From an uncultured Gammaproteobacteria bacterium (GTDB lineage Bacteria > Pseudomonadota > Gammaproteobacteria > CAZDOC01), in NCBI GenBank assembly GCA_964506945.1, contig CAZDOC010000009.1, forward strand, positions 3,048 through 67,047: a DNA stretch of 64,000 bases. Reading direction: 5' to 3'. A program made the translations under genes and the position numbers. Positions within the stretch are counted from its first letter, which is position 1; the number at the start of each line of letters is the position of its first letter. Below, one piece after another: positions 17,324 to 27,061 of this stretch. The notes beneath the pieces were generated by a model. The model searched no databases and had not been told where the DNA came from. It was given only the letters and a program-made list of their open reading frames with translations.

Positions 17324-17990
17324 GGCCGCACGGAAATCGTCCCCCCGGCGCCGGGTCATGCCCGCTCTGTTGCTCTCGGCGCTGACGGCCTGCGCCGGCG
17401 ATCCCGGTCGCTTTCCGATCGTCGCGGTCAGCAAGCCGGACAGCGGCCATGTCACCTCCCTGCGCAAGACCCCCTTCGTGGCCCATCCGCTACCGGGGCA
17501 TTTCACCATCTGCCATGGCAATACCTGTCGCCTGATCTCGTCGGTCAGCCTGGACGCGGCCCAGTGGCGGGCGGTGATGGCCGAGTTCCGGCCCCGGCCG
17601 GACGACGCGGGGCGGGAGCGGGAGGCCATCCGCCGGGCGGTGGCCCTGCTGGAACGCTTCAGCGGGGCGCAGACCGGAACCGCCGCGGACCTGGGCCGGA
17701 ACGCCGCCGGGCGGGGCCTGGCCGGACAGATGGACTGTATCGACGAGGCCGCCAATACCACCGTCTATCTGAGCCTGCTGCGCGACGCCGGGCTGTTGCG
17801 TTTCCACCAGGTCGAATATCGTACCAATCGCGGCGTGTTCGCCTTTACCGGCGGCATCCCTCATGCCACAGCGGTGATACGTGATCGAGACAGCGGACAG
17901 CGGTATGCTGTAGATTCCTGGTTTCTGGACAATGGCGAACCGCCCTTTATCGTGCCCATGGCGGACTGGCGCGCGGGCTGGGAACCCTGA
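17313..17990 (+). CDS. hypothetical lipoprotein (lipobox LTAC)
   Basis: Lipobox ..ALLLSALTAC|AGD. Overlaps the response regulator stop, so probably co-transcribed. An alternative start at 17358 is possible. Confidence 0.5.
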   Translation: MASEAARKSSPRRRVMPALLLSALTACAGDPGRFPIVAVSKPDSGHVTSLRKTPFVAHPLPGHFTICHGNTCRLISSVSLDAAQWRAVMAEFRPRPDDAGREREAIRRAVALLERFSGAQTGTAADLGRNAAGRGLAGQMDCIDEAANTTVYLSLLRDAGLLRFHQVEYRTNRGVFAFTGGIPHATAVIRDRDSGQRYAVDSWFLDNGEPPFIVPMADWRAGWEP

Positions 17991-18002
17991 ACGAGTGAGA
18001 AT

Positions 18003-18470
18003 ATGAATACGGACACCACCTCTATCGAGACACCACCGCGGCGGCGCAGCGCTTCCCGGGAACAGGTCGACCGGCTGCTGGCCGAACGCCAGCAGATGCT
18101 GGTGCAGATGTGCGACCTCAATACCATGCTGGGGACCGGGACGGGTCCGGGGGTAGGGCTGAAATTACAGGATTTCTGCCAGATCCTGATGGACTATATC
18201 GCCGCGGGGCATTTTGGCCTGTATCAGCGCATCGTCTCGGGGACCGAACGGCGCCAGGGGGTGATCCGCCTCGGCGCCGAACTCTATCCCGAGATCGAGC
18301 AGGCCACCCGCGTGGCCCTGGATTTCAACGAACACTATCAGGGGACGTCGGAGCCGGGTGATACCGAGGCCCTGACCAGGGAGCTGTCACAACTGGGCGA
18401 AGCGCTGGCCGCGCGTATCGAACTGGAGGATGAACTGATCGCGGCCATGGGTCTCAGGGCGCGGGCGTAG
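18003..18470 (+). CDS. rsd: Rsd/AlgQ family anti-sigma-70 factor
   Basis: 155 aa with the QDFCQILMDYIAAGHFGLYQRI Rsd/AlgQ signature. Confidence 0.7.
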   Translation: MNTDTTSIETPPRRRSASREQVDRLLAERQQMLVQMCDLNTMLGTGTGPGVGLKLQDFCQILMDYIAAGHFGLYQRIVSGTERRQGVIRLGAELYPEIEQATRVALDFNEHYQGTSEPGDTEALTRELSQLGEALAARIELEDELIAAMGLRARA

Positions 18471-18507
18471 CCACGCCCCCATGCCCTGCCTGCGCCAGGG
18501 CGGGGAC

Positions 18508-18966
18508 TCAGGACGCCGTCTCCAGGACCTGCAGCTTGGCGCGGATGAATTCACTGTGAGGGACATACAGCAGGTCCGCGATCTTGCGGATGTAATAATC
18601 CTCATAGCGATCGATATGGCCATCGGCGCAGGCGACCTGCCACAGCATGCGGACGATGGCGATGCGCTGCCGGTAGTCCAGGGCCTGGTTCAGGCGATGG
18701 GTGAAATCGTAGAAGGACACCGATTCGTCCACCGCCCCCTCGGCCAGATCGATCAGTTCGGCCGCCTCCGCGGGGCTCAGTCCATAGGTGCTGGTGATGG
18801 CCTGGCGGATGCTCTCGCGTTCCTCCACGGTCACCTCGTTATCGGCCCGGCTGATCTCGATCAGCAGCGCGGCCGCGGCCAGCTGCAGGGTGTGTTCGTC
18901 ATAGGCCTGGGCGGGCTTGTCCCCGTTCAGGCCATCGAGCAGATTACGGAAAATCTGTAGCATCTC
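18508..18966 (-). CDS. TerB-family (tellurite-resistance TerB-like) protein
   Basis: About 150 aa after trimming the ORF to MLQIF. TerB-like helical domain with acidic motifs. Confidence 0.55.
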   Translation of the reverse strand, partial: EMLQIFRNLLDGLNGDKPAQAYDEHTLQLAAAALLIEISRADNEVTVEERESIRQAITSTYGLSPAEAAELIDLAEGAVDESVSFYDFTHRLNQALDYRQRIAIVRMLWQVACADGHIDRYEDYYIRKIADLLYVPHSEFIRAKLQVLETAS

Positions 18967-19018
18967 ATCTCCCGGGCCGGACTTGGTCGGACCCGCGTCT
19001 GCGGTTAGGATCCCTGCC

Positions 19019-20386
19019 ATGATACGCAAAAACGAACCCCATAGGCAGTCATTGGGCGAGCGCGACCTGGCCGTGCTCTGGCATCCCTGCACGCAGATGA
19101 AGGACCATGAGCGCCTGCCCATCATTCCAGTCCGCAGCGGCCGGGGCGTGTGGCTGGAAGACTACACGGGCAAGCGCTACCTGGATGCGATCAGCTCCTG
19201 GTGGGTGAACCTGTTCGGGCACGCCCACCCCCGCATCAGCGAGGCGGTGGCGACACAGGCCCGCACCCTGGAGCATGTGATCATGGCCGGTTTCTCGCAC
19301 CGGCCCGGGATCGAGCTGGCCGAGCGGCTGATCCGGCTGGCGCCGCCCGGGCTGACGCGCTGTTTCTATGCCGACAATGGTTCCTCGGCGGTCGAGGTGG
19401 CATTGAAGATGAGTTTTCACTACTGGCGCAATGCCGGCCGACCGGAGAAGACGCGCTTCATCAATCTGTCCAATTCCTATCATGGCGAGACCCTGGGGGC
19501 ATTGGCGGTCGGGGATGTGCCGCTCTACCGGGAGACCTATGGCCCCCTGTTGATGGAGGTCATCACGGCGCCCTCGCCGGACTGTTACGAGCGCGAGCCC
19601 GGGCAGAGCTGGGAGGAACATTCCCGGGCCATGATCGGGCCGATGCGGACCCTGCTGGAACGCCATGCCGAGGAGACCTGCGCGGTGATCGTCGAGCCGC
19701 TGGTACAGTGCGCGGGCAATATGCGCATGTACCATCCGGTTTACCTGCAATTGCTCAGGCAGGCCTGCGACGAGTTCGGCGTGCACCTGATCGCCGACGA
19801 GATCGCGGTCGGTTTCGGACGTACCGGGACCCTGTTCGCCTGCGAGCAGGCCGACATAAGTCCGGACTTCCTGTGCCTGTCCAAGGGTCTGACCGGCGGT
19901 TATCTGCCGCTCGCGGCGGTGCTGACCACGGATCCGGTGTACACGGCCTTCTATGACGATTACGACCAGCTCAAGGCCTTCCTGCACTCGCACAGCTATA
20001 CCGGCAACCCGCTGGCCTGCAGCGCCGCGCTGGCGACCCTGGACCTCTTCCGCGACCAGCCGGTATTGCAGCGCAACCAGGTCTTGTCGCGTTGCATGCG
20101 CGCGGCCGTGGCCGGACTGGAGGGGCATCCACACGTGGCCGAGATCCGCCAGCACGGCATGATCCTGGCCATCGAGATGGTGCGCGATGCGCGCAGCCGG
20201 GAGCCCTGGCCCTGGCAGCAGCGCCGTGGCCTGCGGGTCTACGAATACGCCCTCGGCGAGGGGGTGTTGCTGCGCCCGCTCGGCAATGTGATCTATTTCA
20301 TGCCCCCTTACGTGATCGATGAGGACGAGATCGCGCTGCTGGCGCGGGTCGCCTGTGAGGGTATCGATCGGGCCTGCCGGGAGTGA
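19019..20386 (+). CDS. bioA: adenosylmethionine-8-amino-7-oxononanoate aminotransferase BioA
   Basis: Class-III PLP aminotransferase with a BioA-like N-terminus (LWHPCTQMKDH...). Start at ATG 19019. Confidence 0.8.
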   Translation: MIRKNEPHRQSLGERDLAVLWHPCTQMKDHERLPIIPVRSGRGVWLEDYTGKRYLDAISSWWVNLFGHAHPRISEAVATQARTLEHVIMAGFSHRPGIELAERLIRLAPPGLTRCFYADNGSSAVEVALKMSFHYWRNAGRPEKTRFINLSNSYHGETLGALAVGDVPLYRETYGPLLMEVITAPSPDCYEREPGQSWEEHSRAMIGPMRTLLERHAEETCAVIVEPLVQCAGNMRMYHPVYLQLLRQACDEFGVHLIADEIAVGFGRTGTLFACEQADISPDFLCLSKGLTGGYLPLAAVLTTDPVYTAFYDDYDQLKAFLHSHSYTGNPLACSAALATLDLFRDQPVLQRNQVLSRCMRAAVAGLEGHPHVAEIRQHGMILAIEMVRDARSREPWPWQQRRGLRVYEYALGEGVLLRPLGNVIYFMPPYVIDEDEIALLARVACEGIDRACRE

Positions 20387-20393
20387 GGCGTGT

Positions 20394-21128
20394 ATGACCC
20401 CCCGCATCTATGTCGATAGCCCGCTGGCGGCGGCTACGCGGCTGGCGCTGCCGGCGGACAGCGCCCACCATGTCGGCCGCGTGCTGCGCATGCGGGTGGG
20501 TGAGCCACTGATCCTGTTCGATGGCCGGGGCGGTGAATACACCGCCACCCTCACCCGCCTGGGCCGCGGCACGGCCGAGGTGGCCCTGGTCGCGCACTCG
20601 CCGCAGGAGCGGGAATCCCCGCTCAGGATCATCCTGGCCCAGGGTATCTCGCGTGGTGAGCGCATGGACTACACCATCCAGAAGGCGGTGGAACTCGGGG
20701 TCGCGGTGATCCAGCCCGTGATCACGACGCGCAGTACCGTGAGGCTGGATGCGCAACGCGCCCGGCGGCGGCATGAGCATTGGCGGCGCATCATCATCGG
20801 CGCCTGCGAGCAGTGCGGCCGCAACCTGCTGCCTCGACTGCAGCCGGCCCGTGACCTGGACGCGTGGCTGGCCGATTCCGCCCAGCCGCGTCTGCGTCTG
20901 TTGCTCGATGGCGGGGCGGAAGGCGAGGCCGCCGGACTGGAGCGCCCCGCGGACATGGCCCTGAGTCTGCTGGTCGGTCCGGAGGGCGGCCTGAGCCCGG
21001 AGGAGATCGTCCAGGCCATGGACGCCGGTCATCGTGGCCTGCGTCTGGGACCCAGGGTGTTGCGTACCGAGACCGCCGCGCTGGCCGCCATGGCCCTGCT
21101 GCAGGGGCTGTGGGGGGATTTCCGCTGA
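20394..21128 (+). CDS. rsmE: 16S rRNA (uracil1498-N3)-methyltransferase RsmE
   Basis: 244 aa. PUA-like N-terminus and a SPOUT C-terminus (LLVGPEGGLSPEE). Confidence 0.8.
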   Translation: MTPRIYVDSPLAAATRLALPADSAHHVGRVLRMRVGEPLILFDGRGGEYTATLTRLGRGTAEVALVAHSPQERESPLRIILAQGISRGERMDYTIQKAVELGVAVIQPVITTRSTVRLDAQRARRRHEHWRRIIIGACEQCGRNLLPRLQPARDLDAWLADSAQPRLRLLLDGGAEGEAAGLERPADMALSLLVGPEGGLSPEEIVQAMDAGHRGLRLGPRVLRTETAALAAMALLQGLWGDFR

Positions 21129-21159
21129 TTTCTGCCTTGTCGGCCGGGCTTCGGGTAGA

Positions 21160-22479
21160 ATGACGGTATCTGTCCAGTGGATCCCGATCATGAAAGACTG
21201 CAAACCCGCCGTTCCCCATCTCACCACCGCCCAGACCGGGCCCTTGTTGCAACTGGAGCGGCAGTTGCTGGAGCGGCAGGCCGAGATCGAATGCTGGTTC
21301 CGCCGGCAGTGGCGGCAGAGCCCGGCACCCTTCTATGCCTCGGTCGACCTGCGTAACGCCGGTTTCAAGCTGGCGCCGGTGGACACCAATCTGTTCCCGG
21401 CCGGGTTCAATAATCTCAACCCGGCCTTCCTGCCGCTGTGTGTGCAGGCGGTCAATGCGGCCATAGAGAAGATGCCGGATGCGGTCAGTCGCATACTGAT
21501 CATCCCGGAGAGCCATACCCGCAACATGTTCTATCTGGAGAGCCTGGCCGCGTTGCAGACCGTCCTGGAGCAGGCCGGTCTGCAGGTGCGGCTGGGCTCG
21601 CTGAACGCGGAGATCGTCGAGCCGACACGGATACGCCTGGCATCGGCCCGCGAGGTGTGCCTGGAGCCGTTGTTGCGGCAGGGCCGTCGTCTGGGCGTGG
21701 ATGACTTCGATCCGGATCTGGTGTTGCTGAACAACGACCTCTCCGGGGGCCAGCCCCAGATCCTGCAAGACGTGGAGCAGACCATCCTGCCGCCACCGGC
21801 GCTGGGTTGGGCGCAGCGCCTGAAATCCGTGCATTTCGCCCATTATCGTGATGTGGCGAACGAGTTCGCCGGGGTCCTGGATATCGACCCCTGGTTGATC
21901 CAGCCCTTGTTTCGTAATTGTGGCGAGGTGGATTTCATGCAGGGGGAAGGGGTTGCCTGCCTGCATGTGAATGTCGAGGCCCTGCTCAAGGGCATCACGG
22001 AGAAATATGCGGAATACGGCATCCGGGAGCGGCCCTTCGTATTCATCAAGGCCGACTCCGGCACCTATGGCATGGGGGTGATGAGCGTACACGGCGCCGA
22101 TGAACTGCTGGAACTGAACCGCAAGCAGCGTACGCGCATGTCCAAGGCCAAGGAGGGCGTCAGGATCTCGAACGTGATCATCCAGGAGGGCGTCTACACC
22201 TCCGAGACCTGGGGTGAGCCCGGGCATGTGGCCGAGCCGGTGGTCTATCTGATCGACAACAAGGTCGTCGGCGGCTTCTACCGGGTGCATACCAAGCGCA
22301 GCGTGAACGAGAACCTGAATGCCCCCGGCATGCGCTTCGAGCCGCTGGCCTTCGCCGAGTGCTGCAACACCCCGGATCCCAGCCTGGACCCGGATGCCCA
22401 CCCCAACCGCTTCTATGCCTACGGGGTCATCGCGCGGCTGGCCTCGCTGGCGGCGGCGCGGGAAATGCTTGAGGCCTGA
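21160..22479 (+). CDS. gshA: glutamate--cysteine ligase (T. ferrooxidans-type GshA family)
   Basis: About 440 aa. The N-terminal region PFYASVDLRNAGFKLAPVDTNLFPAGFNNL is recalled as characteristic of the short proteobacterial GshA family. A start at 21190 is an alternative. Confidence 0.55.
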   Translation: MTVSVQWIPIMKDCKPAVPHLTTAQTGPLLQLERQLLERQAEIECWFRRQWRQSPAPFYASVDLRNAGFKLAPVDTNLFPAGFNNLNPAFLPLCVQAVNAAIEKMPDAVSRILIIPESHTRNMFYLESLAALQTVLEQAGLQVRLGSLNAEIVEPTRIRLASAREVCLEPLLRQGRRLGVDDFDPDLVLLNNDLSGGQPQILQDVEQTILPPPALGWAQRLKSVHFAHYRDVANEFAGVLDIDPWLIQPLFRNCGEVDFMQGEGVACLHVNVEALLKGITEKYAEYGIRERPFVFIKADSGTYGMGVMSVHGADELLELNRKQRTRMSKAKEGVRISNVIIQEGVYTSETWGEPGHVAEPVVYLIDNKVVGGFYRVHTKRSVNENLNAPGMRFEPLAFAECCNTPDPSLDPDAHPNRFYAYGVIARLASLAAAREMLEA

Positions 22480-22800
22480 ACCGTCATTGTCCTGACCGCC
22501 GTCGCCCAGCCCCGGTCACTCCCGGCGGTGTCGATGGCAGGCTGTTCGGGATCCCCCCGCAGCTCCACCCCCTCCCCGGACGCCGCGGAAACAAAAGATC
22601 AAGTTTTCTCCCCCCGCGTCGCTACAGGTAGACCCGCACCCGAATGAGGAGGGATGGCGGGACCACCGCCCCGGGTCCCGTGTCGACGCCATGCGAAAAC
22701 ACCCCCTGTCCGCCGGCGAGGAAGCTCGGCGGGCCAACGACGCCTGGAGAGCGGCGGGGATCATGCCCGCCCCGATCTCCCCGCCTGCCAGGACAGGCTC

Positions 22801-25800
22801 ATGACGGTCGGCGAGCTGGAGGACGGCCTGGTTTTCCAGCATGCCCCTCATGGCATCGCGCTGTTGTCCGCCGACATGATCCTGTTGCAGGTGAACCCGG
22901 CCCTCTGCGAGATGCTGGGTTACCCCGGCGAGTCCCTGCTGGGACGGGACCTGCGTGAACTGGGCGCTGCCGATATCGCCAGGAAGGCCACCCTTTATCT
23001 ACGTCTCGCGCATGGGCGGGGGCTTGAGGAAGGGCGTTGTCAGACCCGGATCATGCACCGGGATGGCAGCCCCGTCGAGACCCGGATCAGTATCACCACC
23101 CTCAGGGACCGGGCCGGCGAGATCAGCCGGCATATCGCCCAGTTCGTGGATATCGGTGAGCAACAGCGCCAGCTCACCGAGATCCGGAAACTGGGCCGGC
23201 ACTATCGTCTGCTGCGGGCCATCAATCAACTCATCATCCATGCCGCCGATGAGGGGGAGCTGTACGCCGGCGTGTGCCGGCTGGCGGTGGAGACCGGGCA
23301 GATAGCCATGGCCTGGGTGGGTCGTGTGGACAGCGATGGCGCCTCGATCGTGCCGGTCACGGCATGTGGGGAGGGCCGTGACTATGTCGGCGAGATCCGG
23401 ATAAGCAGCCGCGCCGACCTGCCCGCGGGCCGGGGTCCCTGCGGTCAGGCCGTGCGTACGAGCAAGGTCGTGGTCTGCAACGATTTCCAGCACGATCCCG
23501 CCACCCGCCCATGGCAGCGCGAGAGAGAAAAATATGGCTGGGGCAGCAGTATTTCCCTGCCCTTGCTGCGGACGGGCGAGTGCATAGGGGTGCTGAACCT
23601 GTACACCCACGAGTCCGGGGCCTTCGACCCGGAGCTGGTGGCGCTGTACCGGCAGCTGGGCGAGGATATCTCCTACGCCCTGGATCGCATCGGCGGTGAA
23701 CGAGAGCGGGACGCCTATCGCCGGGAATTGCAGGAAACGCGGGATCGCCTCAGCCATATCATCGATACCTCGCCCGCGGTGATCTACCGCTGTCAGGCCT
23801 GGGACCGCTATCCCTTTACCTTCATCAGCCACCATGTCTCGCATCTGCTGGGCTACGAGGCCGAGGACTTCGTCCGCCGCCCCACGCTCTGGGTCGAGAG
23901 CATCCATCCCGAAGATGTCGATCGAATACTCGACAATCTGCCGCATTTCGACGGTAGCGATGCCCATGTCCAGGAATACCGCATCCGTCATCGCCAGGGC
24001 CATTATCTGTGGTTGCGTGACGAACTCACCCTGATCCGGGATGGGCGGGGGGCGCCGCTGGAGATCATCGGCTCCATGATGGAGATCAGCGATCGTAAAC
24101 GCGACGAGGAGAAGATACAGCGCCTGACCCGTTTCTATCACACCCTGAGCCAGGTCAACGAGACCATCGTCAGGGTCGACAACGAGGAGGACTTGTTGCC
24201 CCGGCTGTGCCAACTGGCGGTGGAGCTCAGTGATCTGGACGCCGTGTGGATAGGGCGGCCCGATGACTCACGGCGGGTGCGGGTGATCGCCTCCGCGGGG
24301 GAGGGTCGGGAGCTGCTCGAGCAGGTGTTCATCTCCGTGGATGAACAGCGGGTGGAGGGGCAGGGCGTGGTGGGCAAGGCCTGGCGGGAGGATCGCGTGG
24401 CCATGGAGAATCATTTCGACCGCCTCACCGACCTGCCCTGGTATGAGCAGATCATGCAGCTGGGCCTGCGTTCCGCGGCCGCCTTCCCGGTCCATCGCGG
24501 TGGTGAACGGCATGCGGTATTCGTCGCCTATTCACGCCATGAGGACGTCTTCGACGAAGAGGTCGGCGGTCTGCTGCAGGATATGGTCGCGGATATGTCC
24601 TACGCCCTGGACCGTATCGATCAGGATCGGCGACGGCGGGAATACGAGGAGCAGCTGCAGCTCTATGCGCGGGTATTCGAGCAGGGCAACGAGGCCATCA
24701 CCATTACCGACCCCGACAGGCGCATCATCTATGTCAACAAGGCCTTCACGGACATCACCGGCTACAGCCTCGATGATGTCAGGGGCCATGACCCCTCCAA
24801 GCTGGCCTCGGGCAGGCATTCACAGGACTTCTACCGGGACATGTGGGAACGGATCCATAACGAGGGTCACTGGGAAGGGGAGATCTGGAACCGGCGCAAG
24901 GACGGCGGGATCTACCCGGAAAGGCTGTCGATCGGCAGCGTCAGGGATGACACCGGCACGCTGACCAACTATGTCGGCATTTTCACCGATATCTCCGAGC
25001 AGAAGGCCGCGGAGGACAAGATCACCCGGCTGGCGCATTATGATCAGCTGACCGGCCTGCCCAACCGGATCCTGCTGGAGGATTTGATCCGGCGGGTCAT
25101 ATCCGGGGCCCGGCGCCGCGACCAGCCGGTCGCCGTGCTGTTCATGGATCTCGATCGTTTCAAGAACGTGAATGATTCACTGGGTCATGGGATTGGCGAC
25201 GGTTTACTGCAGGAGGTCGCCAGGCGACTGGTGCAGGTGGTGCGCAATGTCGATGTCGTGGCCCGCCTGGGTGGCGACGAGTTCGTGGTGGTGCTGACGG
25301 ATACCGATGATGAAGGGGCGGCCCATGTGGCGGAAAAGATCGGCGCCACCATCGCCGAGCCCATGCTCATAGAGGGGCATCAGCTGAACATCGCCACATC
25401 CATCGGCATCAGCCTGTACCCGGACAACGGCCTGGATTTCCAGACCTTGCTGCGCAATGCCGATACCGCGATGTACCGGGCCAAGCGCCAGGCCGTGACC
25501 CCGTTCTGCTTTTTTACCGAGGAGATGCAGCGCAGGGTCATGCGCCAGCTGGAACTGGAGACCCAGCTGCGCGGGGTGATCGAACGCGGCGAACTGGTGG
25601 TGTACTATCAGCCGCAGGTGGACCTGCGCACGGGGGCCATCATCGGCGCCGAGGCCCTGTTGCGCTGGCAGCATCCGGACTGGGGGCTGGTGTCCCCCGG
25701 CGAGTTCATCCCGGTGGCGGAAGAAAGCGGTCTGATCCTGCCCATAGGCCGGTGGGTGCTGGAGAACGCCATCGTCCAGAATCGCCGCTGGCAGGATGAG

Positions 25801-26340
25801 GGCCTGCCAGCCATCGGCATCTCGGTCAACCTGTCCCTGCGGCAGTTTCAGCAGGCCGATCTGGTGGCGCAGGTCAGGCAGCTGTTGCAGGCCCACGGGC
25901 TGGAACCGCGATGGCTGGAACTGGAACTCACCGAGAGCATCGCCATGCAGGACGCCGATGAGGCGGTCAGGATAACCAATGCCCTGAGCGAGCTGGGTAT
26001 CGGGCTTTCCATCGATGATTTCGGCACCGGTTATTCCTCGCTCAGCTATCTGAAACGGTTCTCGCTGTCGCGTCTGAAGATAGACCTGTCCTTTATCCGT
26101 GACATCACCACCGATCCGGAGGACGAGGCCATCGTCGATACCATCATCAGCATGGCCGGCAGCCTGGGCCTGAAGACCATCGCCGAGGGCGTGGAGACCC
26201 GTGAACAGCGGGATCTTCTGCGCGCCAAGGGCTGCGACGAGATGCAAGGCTATCTTTTCAGCCGGCCGCTAGCGGCGGAGGCATTCGCCGGACTCCTGCG
26301 CCGGTCCGGCTCCCGGGCGGACCGGGGTCTCAGCGACTGA
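22801..26340 (+). CDS. multidomain c-di-GMP signalling protein: PAS-GAF-PAS-GAF-PAS-GGDEF-EAL
   Basis: Intact RLGGDEF motif, and an EAL motif with the ELTES/EALLRW signature. Three PAS and two GAF modules. 1179 aa from ATG 22801, which is preceded by GGACAGG. Confidence 0.9.
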   Translation: MTVGELEDGLVFQHAPHGIALLSADMILLQVNPALCEMLGYPGESLLGRDLRELGAADIARKATLYLRLAHGRGLEEGRCQTRIMHRDGSPVETRISITTLRDRAGEISRHIAQFVDIGEQQRQLTEIRKLGRHYRLLRAINQLIIHAADEGELYAGVCRLAVETGQIAMAWVGRVDSDGASIVPVTACGEGRDYVGEIRISSRADLPAGRGPCGQAVRTSKVVVCNDFQHDPATRPWQREREKYGWGSSISLPLLRTGECIGVLNLYTHESGAFDPELVALYRQLGEDISYALDRIGGERERDAYRRELQETRDRLSHIIDTSPAVIYRCQAWDRYPFTFISHHVSHLLGYEAEDFVRRPTLWVESIHPEDVDRILDNLPHFDGSDAHVQEYRIRHRQGHYLWLRDELTLIRDGRGAPLEIIGSMMEISDRKRDEEKIQRLTRFYHTLSQVNETIVRVDNEEDLLPRLCQLAVELSDLDAVWIGRPDDSRRVRVIASAGEGRELLEQVFISVDEQRVEGQGVVGKAWREDRVAMENHFDRLTDLPWYEQIMQLGLRSAAAFPVHRGGERHAVFVAYSRHEDVFDEEVGGLLQDMVADMSYALDRIDQDRRRREYEEQLQLYARVFEQGNEAITITDPDRRIIYVNKAFTDITGYSLDDVRGHDPSKLASGRHSQDFYRDMWERIHNEGHWEGEIWNRRKDGGIYPERLSIGSVRDDTGTLTNYVGIFTDISEQKAAEDKITRLAHYDQLTGLPNRILLEDLIRRVISGARRRDQPVAVLFMDLDRFKNVNDSLGHGIGDGLLQEVARRLVQVVRNVDVVARLGGDEFVVVLTDTDDEGAAHVAEKIGATIAEPMLIEGHQLNIATSIGISLYPDNGLDFQTLLRNADTAMYRAKRQAVTPFCFFTEEMQRRVMRQLELETQLRGVIERGELVVYYQPQVDLRTGAIIGAEALLRWQHPDWGLVSPGEFIPVAEESGLILPIGRWVLENAIVQNRRWQDEGLPAIGISVNLSLRQFQQADLVAQVRQLLQAHGLEPRWLELELTESIAMQDADEAVRITNALSELGIGLSIDDFGTGYSSLSYLKRFSLSRLKIDLSFIRDITTDPEDEAIVDTIISMAGSLGLKTIAEGVETREQRDLLRAKGCDEMQGYLFSRPLAAEAFAGLLRRSGSRADRGLSD

Positions 26341-27061
26341 TCCGCCGGCGCACCTCGCGTACATGCCGGCGGCTGACCCTCAGTGGCCGGGGCACGTCCA
26401 GCAGCCGCAGGATCCAGGCGCCATCCGCATCCCTGGACAGGCTCTGCACATAGGTGACGGCAACCAGGGCATTGCGGTGGATACGCAGGAACCGTCCGGG
26501 GAATTCCTTCTCCAACTGGGCCAGGGAGTCCTCGCAAAGGTATTCCCGGGCCGCGCAACCGATGGTGGTGTATTTCTGGTCGGCCTGGAAATAGCGGATG
26601 TCGTCGATGGCGACCAGTTCCAGCGCGCCCTGCCGGCGTACGCTGATATGCGTGCGGGCCGGCTGTTGCCCGCGCAGGGCATCCATTTGTCCCTGTTGCA
26701 GGCGGCGGGCCTTCGCCAGGGCCTGTTGCAGGCGTTCCCGGCGTATGGGTTTGAGCAGGTAGTCGATGGCGTTGGCCTCGAAGGCCTCCAGGGCGTGATC
26801 GCCATAGGCGGTGGTGAAGATCACCGCCGGAGGCGGCTCCAGTCCGGCCAGGTGCCGAGCCGCCTCGATGCCGTCCATGCCGGGCATGCGGATGTCCAGC
26901 AACAGGATCTCGGCCCCGAGGGCCTGCGCGCTGATCACCGCCTCGCGGCCGGTGGCGCATTCCCCGGCCAGCTGGTAACCGTCCAGCTCCGCCAGCAGCG
27001 TGACCAGGCGTTGCCGGGCCAGGGGCTCATCATCGACGATCAGGACACGTGGGGAGGTCAT
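26330..27061 (-). CDS. algR: LytTR-family response regulator AlgR-like
   Basis: REC domain (LIVDDEP...D...) plus a LytTR DNA-binding domain. Downstream of the algZ-like kinase, as in Pseudomonas. Confidence 0.8.
   Translation of the reverse strand: MTSPRVLIVDDEPLARQRLVTLLAELDGYQLAGECATGREAVISAQALGAEILLLDIRMPGMDGIEAARHLAGLEPPPAVIFTTAYGDHALEAFEANAIDYLLKPIRRERLQQALAKARRLQQGQMDALRGQQPARTHISVRRQGALELVAIDDIRYFQADQKYTTIGCAAREYLCEDSLAQLEKEFPGRFLRIHRNALVAVTYVQSLSRDADGAWILRLLDVPRPLRVSRRHVREVRRRISR

Noticed and set aside
19049-22401. - strand ORFs (452 aa, 309 aa, 535 aa)
   Set aside because: Antisense to bioA, rsmE and gshA. Shadow ORFs.
22654-22800. 5' extension of the PAS-GGDEF gene (also 18917-19018, 20319-20393, 21034-21159, 40273-40416, 42347-42571 and 49560-49646)
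   Set aside because: Each long ORF starts with non-homologous, Arg/Pro-rich sequence. An internal ATG preceded by a plausible RBS coincides with the start of family homology.
22999-26247. - strand ORFs inside the GGDEF-EAL gene
   Set aside because: Antisense to a gene with unmistakable PAS/GAF/GGDEF/EAL motifs.
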